Below, one piece after another: positions 1-11,108 of a DNA stretch of 64,000 nucleotides. How positions within the stretch are numbered: the stretch's first letter is position 1; every line of letters begins with the position of its first letter. The stretch is taken from NCBI RefSeq assembly GCF_009914755.1, contig NC_060937.1. One strand, written 5' to 3'. The translations under genes were made by a program, and so were the position numbers. Origin of the DNA: the human T2T-CHM13v2.0 reference genome, Homo sapiens. The notes below the pieces were generated by a model. It saw nothing but the letters and a program-made list of their open reading frames with translations. It made no database searches and was not told the origin of the DNA.

Positions 1-74
1 ATTATTTCTACATGATATGAACAGTCCCGCATGTGCCTTGTGATGTGGTTTTAAGCTCCTAGGTTTAGCTTGTT

Positions 75-390
75 TTTTTAAAAGCAGTTTTTATTGTATA
101 ATTCACATTTCCTACAAATAATTCACTTAAAGTGAGTAAGTAAATGGCTCTTAGCATTTTCAAAGAGTTTTACAACCATCAATATCATCAATTTCAGGAC
201 ATTTTCATCCCCCCAGAATGAAACCCTGTGCCCATTAGCAGTCACTCCATATTTCCTCTCAACTCTCCCTCTGCACCAGCCTGGGCCCCACGAACCTACT
301 TTATGCATCTTTGAATTTGTATATAAATCTGGACATTTCATATAACTGGAATGGTGCAATGTGTGGCCCTTTCTGACTTGTCAAGGTTAG
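75..390 (-). mobile_element. L1 3' UTR fragment (L1MB-like), antisense
   Basis: T-rich start followed by 'tacaaccatc...atttcaggacattttcatccccccagaatgaaaccctgtgcccattagcagtcactcc', typical of the reverse complement of an L1MB 3' end. Confidence 0.8.
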
Positions 391-514
391 TTTTAAACTT
401 TCAACTTTGTTAAGACCCACAAAATAGAAATGATTCCAGTAGAATGACTGAGAGCAGGTTAAAAAATTATTTTCAAAAATCCATTGGGCATTTATTTTTT
501 TATTAGCTCCTCTC

Positions 515-790
515 ACCAAAAGTGAGTCACTTTGTTTACTTTTTAAAAATGTTTTAACAGAATCATGAGTTTGGTTCTTGTTTTGTGAATTCTGAATTAG
601 GGCTTATTTTTCTGAAACAGACGTGGAACGTTTGCTCAGTTTTTCTCACAGTCCAGTCACTCTCTTCCTTGCAGCCTGGAGATGGTTTAAGGGGCCAACC
701 ACATCCTACCAGAAGCACCACCCACCCCGCGCACTCACTCCTGCATTCCTGACTCAGTTCCCAATCCTGCTCCCTTGTCAGCAGCGTCTA
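515..790. promoter_or_regulatory. Candidate enhancer (AP-1/TEAD/RUNX/FOX/KLF motif cluster)
   Basis: TGAGTCA 523-529, TGTTTAC 533-539, AACCACA 697-703, CACCC boxes ~718-728, CATTCC 744-749 abutting TGACTCA 750-756. Motif evidence only. Confidence 0.4.
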
Positions 791-1569
791 ATATGCTCCC
801 ATTTCCACTTTACACTATTTAAATCACAATTTGTTTTAAATATAAAATTTGTCACCCAATTATCTTATTTTCTCCACATTGCTTTACTTTGCACTCGGTG
901 TTCACACATATATATTATTCTCAAGTGATTGTCAAAAATTTTTGGTAAAATCTGGGATGTAGCTATAATTAATTGCTTTGTATACAAATGAAACGATAGT
1001 TTTCTTAACTGATACTCAGAAAAAATTATTTTTCATAACCGTGTAGCAATATCTTCCTATTAGATGTACATATTTAAAAACAAAATAGGGTGAATTATCA
1101 TATAACCAATGATTTAATAACTGAAAAGTATGTGAAGGATATGTGTTAGGTGTAAACAATTACATTAAGAAATTACAACTAAATTTTTTAAAAATATACA
1201 TATTACACATACATATATATTTGAGATTTACTTTCCTATAATCACTCTTATTTCTCATTTTTTTGGAGGAGAGTTGGTATATAAACTGTAAGTACATACT
1301 AATAATTTTTCTATTCATTACTGCCTAGAAGCATTATTTCTAACTATATTATACCAATCAGCTAATAACATGAATATGAATCCTGATGGCAGCCATACCT
1401 AATATCTAGTATATTACCAGGAGAATGGGCTAGAGGATTTGTTATGTATCTGATGGCTTGATTTAGTGACTCAGCTTTCTGTACATTGAAAGTTGTCCTT
1501 ATTAAAGCAAATATTTCTTGTCTTATGAAGTTATCACAGTGGATGTATAAGATTTTTTAATACTAAAAT

Positions 1570-1760
1570 CTTTATTCATTTATGTACTCACTTGGCCACT
1601 CACTTATGACAACTAAATTGTCCTCAGAGCTGTGGCTTGGCATTGGGAGGACCATGATGAACAGACAGAGCCTGCCCTCGTAAAACTTAGTCTCACGTGG
1701 GAGCAGACATTAAGGCAAATATTCAGACAAATGAATGCAAAATTGTAATTGCTGTAAATA
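1570..1760 (-). mobile_element. L2 3' end fragment
   Basis: 'tttattcatt...gatgaacagacagagcctgccctcgtaaaacttagtctcacgtgggagcagacattaa' resembles an antisense L2 tail. Confidence 0.65.
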
Positions 1761-2643
1761 CTGAAAGAACACTGCTGCTTCTCAACTGCTTAGACACAGG
1801 AAATAACAACACATTCTGGCTTCACAGAAATGAGTATTCTTTGTTTTACTTTGTTTTTTATATGTTACCAGCTGGTATTATAAAACATTATTTTTTTCTT
1901 TTCAGCCTCATATTGACAAATATCCAATCAAATATATTGGTATTCTTACTTAATTAATTTTAAAGATTAAAGTTTTCATGCCAGCAAGAATAGAGCGTGG
2001 CATAGGAGAACAGAGAGCAGGGAGAAGCATTTCAGAATTTATCACAATGGGAGTCCCTGAGCTGCAATTATTTATAAAAAAGAAGGACTTGCCTCATGGT
2101 GTATTAATCCTTCGTAAGAGGCACAGATTCAGCTCTCAGTAAAGCAGCTTTGGACCAGTGATGGGCTGCTTCGTGCCCTGCTTGGTTGAGATGGAGGAGG
2201 GGCTGAGCAGGGCCTTCTCTTAGAGCCTCAGGCGTGTGCAGAGTACCCAGACTGTACTGCTGCTCTGGGCTTGGACCAATTACTTTCTTATTTTAAATAA
2301 AATATATGAGACAACAAAGTAGTAGATAAACATATGTATTATTTACAAGGCTTAATAATAGATTCTATGCCTGTAATCTCTCCACCAAAGTAAGCACTCA
2401 AACAATACAAAATGACATTGAGTCTATGTAAGTTTCCATCCCCAATCACATCTTTTTGCCTTTCCCTTGAGGTAACTACAACACTGAATGTTTTCTTTAT
2501 TCTTCTCTTGCTTAAAAAGTTTCACTACTTATCATTCCCCACAAACTCTAACTTAGATCTGTTTGGTTTTGTGGGAGTCTTGTGTAGCTTTTTTCCTTTC
2601 CCTCAATACTTGTCCGTCTCCCAGTCTCAGAGAACGGGTGACC

Positions 2644-2986
2644 TGTATTAGCCCGTTTTCACACTGCTGATAAAGATATACCTGAGACTGGACAATTTAC
2701 AAAAGAAAGAGATCTATTGGACTTACAGTTCCACATGGCTGGGGAGGCCTCACAATCATGGCGGAAGGTGAAAGGCATGTCTCACATGGCAGCAGACAAG
2801 AGAAGAGAGCATGTGCAGGGAAACTCTCCTTTTTAAAACCATCCAATCTGGTGAGACTTTTTTACTATCACGAGAACAGCATGGGAAAGACCTGCCCCCA
2901 TGATTAAATTACCTTCTACTGGGTCCCTCCCACAACACATGGGAATTCAAGATGAGATTTGGTGGGGACACAGCCAAACCGTACCA
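2644..2986 (-). mobile_element. THE1 solo LTR (THE1B-like, ERVL-MaLR)
   Basis: Runs from 'tgtattagcccgttttcacactgctgataaagat' to 'ggggacacagccaaaccgtacca', with TG...CA ends and a perfect 5-bp TSD TGACC (2639-2643 and 2987-2991). Confidence 0.95.
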
Positions 2987-3194
2987 TGACCTAAGCTGAT
3001 GCTAAATCTTAGTCTTTAAAAATAGGCAGTGTGATTTAGAAAAGGGAAACTGTGAGAGTCTGCTCAGCATTCTGCATAGACACAGAACATACAATAGTGC
3101 AAAAGTTTACAAAGCACATGGAGCAAGAGATCATAAACTTTAATATTTCAGAGGTTTGGCTGCTAAGATAATAAAAGTGATCAGCAGAATGGCT

Positions 3195-3392
3195 TGGTGA
3201 AAAATCATGAAGGCTCTATAATTTACACAGGCCCAGGTTTGAATCTCAGCTTTTCCACTTAGTAGTTGGGTGACCCAGAGACATTAATTCACCTTTCTGA
3301 ACCATGATTTCCTCACTGGGGAATGGAACTGGGAATGCGTCTCTCACAGGTTGTAAAGACCTGGCACCTTGTAAGGCTTCAATAAATATTAT
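3195..3392 (+). mobile_element. MIR SINE
   Basis: 'ccaggtttgaatctcagcttttccacttagtagttgggtgacc...tctgaaccatgatttcctcact...ctggcac...caataaatatt'. Confidence 0.75.
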
Positions 3393-6300
3393 ATTTTCCT
3401 GTCTCTGTGTAATACCCACTTAAACCTAAAATGCCAATCATTGCTTCTCTGCATTCTCCATACATTTTAAAAATATGTTACACTTTTTATCTTGAATTTA
3501 TTGTGTTTAAGTATTTGCACTGCCAGACCACAGTATGGTAATTTTATCTGGTTCTGTCTTCTGCAAAATCTCTCCCAAATCTTAGATAGTTAGGTTACCC
3601 TGTCATCTGGCCTCTTAGCTTGGTCTTTTTTTTGGCATTTTTGCTGTTTCTCAAAAATAAAATTTTAGCTTTGTCTATGTCATTAGTAACAGGCAACTAC
3701 AAGTTTTAGAGTCTGTGTACTTCAGCTAAAGCTGGACAAATAAAGCAACACAAGGAAGGACAAATGTGCCAATAGATTGATTCTGCTTCGACCAAGGGCC
3801 TACAAGGAGCCTGATCATATTCCTCCCTGCTACTCACAGCAGTCTAGAAGCTGCTGTGAATCTGAACTTAGAACTATGTGGCTACCTCACCTTGTACTGT
3901 GTTTTAAAAAGAACTCAGATTTAATCCTGTGATTTGCTGTGCCTCTGGTACATGTAATTGCAAGCAGTGAGCTAACAGTAATGACCTGGTAGGTGATGGT
4001 CCAATGTGGACATTTGAGATTGAGAGGAGAATGAGGATCTGACACAAAGAAAGATTATTATTTCCTGCAACAAGAGCTGCATGAACAAGAGAGAGAGGTG
4101 ATAGCACGGTGACGTGTCAGAAAAACGTTGGCAAGAGCAGGGGAAAATAAAGTTCTCCTTAATACATTTTCTTGTATGTAGTTGCACTTGTATCAGCAAA
4201 TTTTCACAAAAGTAATAGATGACACATTTTATGGGTCAAATGTCAGTATTGATCAAAATGTTAGAAAGTGCAATACTCTTCCAGGACATATGCTATTGAT
4301 TTATTTTATTGAGTTCCTACAGGTCTATTAGGGCTATTCCTTAGTGGGTGTTTTACATCTGAAAGCACAATTAAAATCCATTTATAATATCTGTTCAAAT
4401 AAAACATCTGCAGGTAACAGCCACAGAATTTCCCCTCCCAAGCTAGGTTTTGACAAAGAACACAAGCTTTGTATGTGTACATGTGTGACTTTGCTTACTT
4501 AGGCACCTGAGAGATGGTTTAAAATCAGTTGTCAAATGTGAGCGTCGGAGGGAGGGTGATGGTTTTCACATAAAGGTCAGATGAAATTGTCCTGGAAACA
4601 TCGGGGGTTTTTTAAAGTAGTTCTGTAAGACAGGAAGTTTTTTACACTAGATGGCCCAGGACATATTGAAGATTCTAGGACACCGAAGGATGGTATACTT
4701 ACATAAACCTACTTTATTCATAGAAGTGTGTGTTGCTTAAAGAATAAATTAACGATAGATTGCAAAAACTTGAACACATAGGAGCTTAGAAAATTAAATA
4801 TTCAAATCAGTAACTGACTGAAGTCCACGTTGAAGACACTTGGGTATGATGTAAGATGCTTACAGACCATACTTGCCTTGGGGATGTGCTTCGTCTAAGA
4901 CATTGTGGGTGTATTAAGCCTTCATTTGTGCCCCAAGTTTCGTGTTTCCTTTATGATGACTCTGTGCTGCATTAATGAATGCTCTTGAATATGTTATCAT
5001 TAAAGTTGATAGGAAGATAAAGAAGTTTAGAAAATTGTGAACAGAATCAACAGAGGAGGAAGAAGAAACGAGTGTCTATAAAAGGGCATGGCAAGGATAA
5101 AGCATTTTTTTCCTTTTAAAAGCATTGACAAATGACAAAGTAGATGATCAATGCTCAAGCACTGATGCAATTTTTCTTCTTTATTCTCTGTCAATATTGG
5201 CGTAAGGAAAACAGGCTAACACGAGGAGTTAGAAGAACTAAGCGCTAGTTCCAGCCCTTCTCCAAAAGCTTTGGTTTCCTCATTTTTTCTCATCTGTCAT
5301 AGGAAATATGAAATACGTGATTGAAGATTTTTTATTGTAAAACCAATGTCTTAAGCATTATTAAAAAGTTACATATGCCCAGGCTAGTAAATGATGTTAA
5401 TGTGAAGTAAATTATTCTGTGTCATTTGGCTTGCTGATTGATTAGATAACGATCCTTTCCACATCATGAATCAAAGCCACAGCTCCTGCAGGCCCAGGGA
5501 GTGAGCAAGATAACAGTGGTCCTAAGGGCTTAATAATCATGAACCTGTCTGGTAGGCTCACAATTTTTTTTTTCAATAAATTTCAGATGCTAGGCTATAT
5601 GGTAGAAACATCGGAAGTCAGAGGAAACAAATCCACATTAATGATCATCAGCTTTTAATTTATTTCAATATGGAAATTATTTTCTAAAAGATAGTTATAA
5701 TAGGAAATTAGAAATATGACTAATGATGTTAGTAGAATTGAGTAATAATTGATGTAGGTTTAAATCGTCATCCTTATGAGGTTTTGTAGGTTTTTTTTGG
5801 TATGTTTTAACACTTAGTATATAAAGCTTAGAACCATAGAGTTGTCTTTGACCTTGGTGTCCTGTGCTTTGTGTTTCAGGCCACGCTCCGTATCTCATCA
5901 TTTTTTTCTTCTCAGGACTCTGCACTTCTGTCCCATTTCTTTACTTGTCTCCTACTTCAAGCCTTTCTCACCTCAGGTCCGAATAACATGTTGCATTATT
6001 TTATTCACCATTATAGTATTTGGCGACATGATTTTAACATCCAAAAGGATGAGTCACCTCCTGAAAACTGCACTTTAAAAATGAATTTCAAGGAATTTCT
6101 CTTTATGATTTGACTCAATCATTGACTAAATAGGATTTTGATTTCATTCTTCTTTGATTATTTTACTTATGAATTGATGCAGTTAAATTGGAATTTCTCT
6201 TCCTTGAATTGACTCAATATTGAATGGTAAGCCAATTATTCTGGTACATTTAACTTGATGCAGATGCAGGGTTATCACCATTTGCACATGTATTTGTAAA

Positions 6301-6519
6301 GCATGAAATTGTACATATATTAGTTATTTTGCCATATGTACTTGACTTTCTAAAGACATATTTGCCCAGACTTGATACACGTGAAATAAAATCTTCTTTC
6401 AATTCAGCCAAGTGTCAAGATCATGTCTAATCAAGTTTTATTTCAACAGTCGTATACTATAATGATATTCATTTAACTGATATTTTATCAGAGAAAATAT
6501 TAAGACAACGATGATACCA

Positions 6520-6715
6520 AAAGCTAACAATTGTCAAGAATTCCTAATAGACCAGGAACTTTATGCTCTTTATCTTTTCTAAAGCTCACAGCTCTGCGAA
6601 GTGGGTATTACTATCTTAATTTTCAGTTGGTGATTTGAGACTTGATAAGTAAAGAAACTTGCATAAGATCACACAAGTACTAAGGGAGAAAGAAAATTTT
6701 GAAACCAGCTACCTG
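6520..6715 (-). mobile_element. MIR SINE
   Basis: 'gtgggtattactatcttaattttcagttggtgatttgagac...aacttgcataagatcacaca' is the antisense MIR core. Confidence 0.7.
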
Positions 6716-6749
6716 TACCACAGGTTCTAAAACCAGCCCCCCACTTTTA

Positions 6750-7032
6750 TTCCTCAAAATTTGATCCAAGGACCAACATCAGCAGCAGTATCTGAGTGCT
6801 TCTTGGTAGTGCAGAATCTCAGGTAGAGTGACAGATTCGCGGTGGTGGTTTGCTAAGAATATACCCAGTTTTAGCAAGAAAAGTCCTTTGTCCCAGGAAA
6901 CTCTTCAGTTTGAGACAACACCAGATGGTTTAGCCCCCTAATCACAGTTCCTGTCTCTGAACTACTAAATCAGATCCTGCATTTTAAATATCCCCAGGTG
7001 ACTAATATGCATATAATAAGTGAGAAGAATTG
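6750..7032. mobile_element. MER5A (hAT-Charlie) interrupted by MER81
   Basis: 'ctcaaaatttgatccaaggaccaacatcagc...gcagaatctcagg' resumes after the insert with 'ctactaaatcagatcctgcattttaaatatccccaggtgactaatatgca...tgagaagaattg'. Confidence 0.8.
6824..6940. mobile_element. MER81-like MITE (hAT-Blackjack)
   Basis: About 117 bp with ends TAGAGTGAC...CCCCTA, internal 'cccagttttagca..aaagtcc...tcccaggaaac', and a degenerate 8-bp TSD ATCTCAGG/ATCACAGT. Confidence 0.75.
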
Positions 7033-7649
7033 TTTTTTAAAATTTCATTTGTTTAATGAATATTTTCTAAAAAGATTTCTAGAGACACTAAATCTTGAAA
7101 CCAGCTTTCATTCTTTGCATTGACAACACCTGAACTGACCTAGTCGCACACCGTGCTCATATGGATTAAATTCAGATTTGTGTACAGAAATTTACTTCTG
7201 CTGAAAAAGTCGTCTTAAGCAACATTAAACTACTTAAGTTATTCTGATTTGAGCTTGCAATGCTGCAGAAACTATAAAAATATTAAAAGGCTATAGAATT
7301 ATTTTCTCTGTAGGAAGAATGTAGGCTGTCAAAAATTGTAATTTCAACTGAAAAGTGACGTATCGATGTATTGATGCAGTACAGAACATATCTGACGTGT
7401 ATTGCCAGTCTTGGTTTGTATTTTCAGTGGATTAGGAAGCTGTATCACTTTATTAGTAGAGGGTACACTTGTCATACCCCAGTTTAAGTGGTATGGCTTG
7501 TTTAATAAGCCTTTCATGTTTTACTTACATACTTTTATGCCTAGGATTTTGCAGATAAAATTCTCCCAGCATGTGATATCTCAGGGGACATGTCTAGAAT
7601 ATTGAGAAAGTTAGCAATGACTGTTTTTGTCTTATAGCGTAAATTAAAA

Positions 7650-7785
7650 ACAGTTAGATCTGGAATAGACCCTGAGGAAAATATAGTCCATTTATTTTAT
7701 GAATAAGGAAATTGAGACCTATCAGAGTTAAATGACTTTCTATAGACATCAAGCAAGTTCATAGGACAAACAGGCCCAGAATTGA
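7650..7785 (-). mobile_element. MIR/MIR3 fragment
   Basis: 'attttatgaataaggaaattgagacc...agttaaatgactt'. Confidence 0.65.
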
Positions 7786-8077
7786 GTGTGGTTGAGAGAA
7801 AACCTGATGTTATTTGGTTTACCTTGAGTGTTTATCATTTTACTTAAAATATAAACTAATAGCTATACCCTGAAAGAAAGTGTGAGACTCTTCTTGAAAA
7901 ATTATATGATTGCAGATATCTATTTAAATGAAGGTACAAAATGACACTACAGAGAGACAGAATGACAGTTTACTCTAATTTGCTCCGCTTTCCACCCAAG
8001 GTCAAGGTAGCATGGAACCAGTCTGCCATAAATAGCTCAAGTTCAAACAGTTACATTGCATATTTGATTTAATTTTT

Positions 8078-8430
8078 TGTCTTAGTTCATTGGGGCTGCT
8101 ATAACAAAATGCCATAGACTGGATAGCTTATAACATTACAAATTTACTTATCACAGTTCTAGAGGCTGGAAAGTCTGTGATCAAGGTGCAGGCACATTTG
8201 GTGTCTGGTGAGGACTGATTTCCTGGCTCATCAACCATGCCATCTCACTGTGTGCTCACACGGTGGAAGAGGCAAGGCAGCTGTCTGGGGTCTATTTTAT
8301 AAGTGCACTAATCCCATTATGAGGACTACCTCATCACTTCCTAAAGGCCCCATCTCCTAATACCATCCCTTTAAGGGTGAGGATTTCAACATAGGAATTT
8401 TGGGGGGACACACATGTTCAAACCAGAGCA
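8078..8430 (-). mobile_element. MLT1A-type solo LTR (MaLR)
   Basis: 'tgtcttagttcattggggctgctataacaaaatgccatagactgg...ggatttcaacataggaattttggggggacaca...ccagagca', with TG...CA ends. Confidence 0.9.
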
Positions 8431-10754
8431 ATTTTTAACCTTTGAAAAATTAATTAACTGTTCTGTATCTTCATTTTCTCATCTGTAAAGTAGTTTCCAA
8501 AGCAGTTCTCTCCTGATTAAAATGATTATTAGAGGGAAGACATGGTCACCGTGTGCTTAATGCATGATACTACAAAGTGGGGATATCAAGGGAGACTTCT
8601 TAGGATCATGTAAATTTTCCCCTCAGAGAAGAGGAGAAAGGAGAGTTACATGGAGGGTCTGAGGCTCGAGAGGAAAACAGTAGCAGTGAGATATGGAAAA
8701 AGAAACCATAATCAACATGTTTTTTCACTTTTCTATTGATTTTATTATGATTTCTTTTAGTGTTGACATACTATTTTTTTTACTATTTCTTACCAGTTTT
8801 AAGTGTAGAGTTCAGTAGTAATAAATACATTTGTATTCTTTTTTCCCCCTTCATCCCTCCACCACGCCAGCCTTCCCAGACTCTGGTAATCACCATTCTA
8901 TTCTTTATCTTCATGAGATCCAGTTTCTTGGCTCCCACATATGAGTGAGAACATGAGATATTTGTCTTCCTGTGCCTGGCTTATTTCACTTAGTCTAATG
9001 ACCTCCAGTTCTATCCACGTTGCTGCAAGTAACATGTTTCATTTGTTTTTCCTATGGTCAAATAGTTTTCTATTTCATATATATAGGGAAAATACTTCAG
9101 GACATTGGTCTAGGAAAAAGCACAGACAAAAATAGGCAAATGGGATTATATTCAACACAATAGTTTATCTTATATATATGATGTGGCATATATATTCCAC
9201 ATTAAATATAAAAAGCAAAAGAGCTGGAGGCATTATACTACCTGACTTCAAACTGTACTACAAGGTACCTATCATAACCAAAATAGCATGGTATTGGTAT
9301 ACAACAGAAACATAGACCAACGAAACAGAAGCAAATCCAGAAATCCGTGTCTTTGTACCCAACTAATTTTTGACAAAGATGCTAAGAACATACACTGGGG
9401 ACAGAACACCATTATTTCAGATGTGTATGTGTGTGTGTATCACATTTACTTTATTCTTCCATAGATGGACACTTAGGTTGATTCCATATCTTTGCTATTT
9501 TGATAGTGCTATGATAAAACACAGCACTATTGCTAGTATCTCTTTGATATACTGATTTCTTATCCTTGGGGTAAATACCCAGAAGTGGTACTGCTGGATT
9601 TCTCTTTGAGAAATAGCCATACTGTTCTCCATAGTAGTTGTACTAATTTACATTCCCACCACAACTGTATAAGATATTCCTTTTCTCTTCATCCTTATTT
9701 TAGTAATAGCCATTCTAATATATGTAAGCTGATACCTAACTGTGGTTTTGATTTGTATTTCCCTGATGATTAGTGGTGTTGAGCATTTTTTCATACATCT
9801 GTTGGCTATTTGTATGTCTTCTATTGAGAAATGTCTATTCATATCCTTTGCCCACTTTTCAATGGGATTATTTGTATTTCTAACTGATGAGTTATTTGAG
9901 TTCCTTATATATTACTGAATATTATGCTTTTTTGGAATAATAGTTTGCAAATATGTTCTCCTGTTCATCAGGTTTTCTTTTCAGTTTGTGGATTGTTTTC
10001 TTTGCTGTGCAGAAGCTGTTTAGTTGCATATAGCCCCATTTGTCTACTTTTGTTTTAGTTGTCTGTGCTTTTGCCTAGACCAATGTCCTGAAGTATTTTC
10101 CCTATGTTTTCTTCTAGTAATTTTGCAGTTTCGGGTCTTTCATTTAAGTATTTCATCTATCTTGTGTTCATTTTTGTATATGGCAAGAGATAGAGTTCCA
10201 GTTTTGTTATTCTGCATGTAGATGTTCAATTTTCTCAGCACCATTTATTGAAGTGGGTGTCCTATCCCCAGTGTATGTTCTTAGCACATTTGACAAAAAT
10301 TTGTTGGGTATAAATATGCTGATTTATTTCTAGATTTTCTTCTGTTTCATGGGTCTCTGTTTTGTTTTTTTATAGTAATACCATGCTATTTTGGTTATCA
10401 TATCCTTGTAGTATAGTTTGAAGTTTTATGGTATGATGCCTCCAGATTTTTTGCTTTTTTTTTTTTCCTTGCTCAGGATTGCTTTAAGTATTTGGGTTCT
10501 TTGTTGGTTCCATACACATTTTAGGCTTGTTTTTTTCTAATTCTATGAAAAAGCAATGTTGGTATTTTGGTAAGGATTACATTAAATCTGTAGATTGCTG
10601 TGAGAAGTATGATTATTTTCACAATATTGACTCTCTCGATCCATGAGCATGGTATGCCTTTCCATTTGTTTGTGTCATCTTCAATTACTTTCATCAGCAC
10701 ATTATAGCTTCCTTGTAGAGATCATTCACCTTTTTGGTTAAATTTTTTTCTAGA

Positions 10755-11108
10755 TGTATTAGTCTGTTTTCATGCTGCTGGTAAAGACATACCTGAGACT
10801 AGGAAGAAAAAGAGGTTTATTTAGACTTACAGTTCCACATGGCTGGGGAGGCCTCAGAATCATATTTGGAGGTGAAAGGCACTTCTTATATGGTGGCAAC
10901 AAGAGAAAATGAGGAAGAAGCAAAAGTGGAAACCCCTGATAAACCCATCAAACCTCATGAGACTTATTCACTATCATGAGAATAGCATGGGAAAGACTGG
11001 CCCCCATGATTCAATTACCTCCCCCTGAGTCCCTCCCACAACGTGTGGGAATTCTGAGATACACAACTCAAGTTGAGATTTGGGTCAGGACACAGCCAAA
11101 CCGTATCA
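10755..11108 (-). mobile_element. THE1 solo LTR (THE1A-like) nested in L1
   Basis: 'tgtattagtctgttttcatgctgctg...gaggaagaagcaaaagtggaaacccctgataaacccatca...cagccaaaccgtatca'; TSD CTAGA/CTAGG. Confidence 0.95.
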
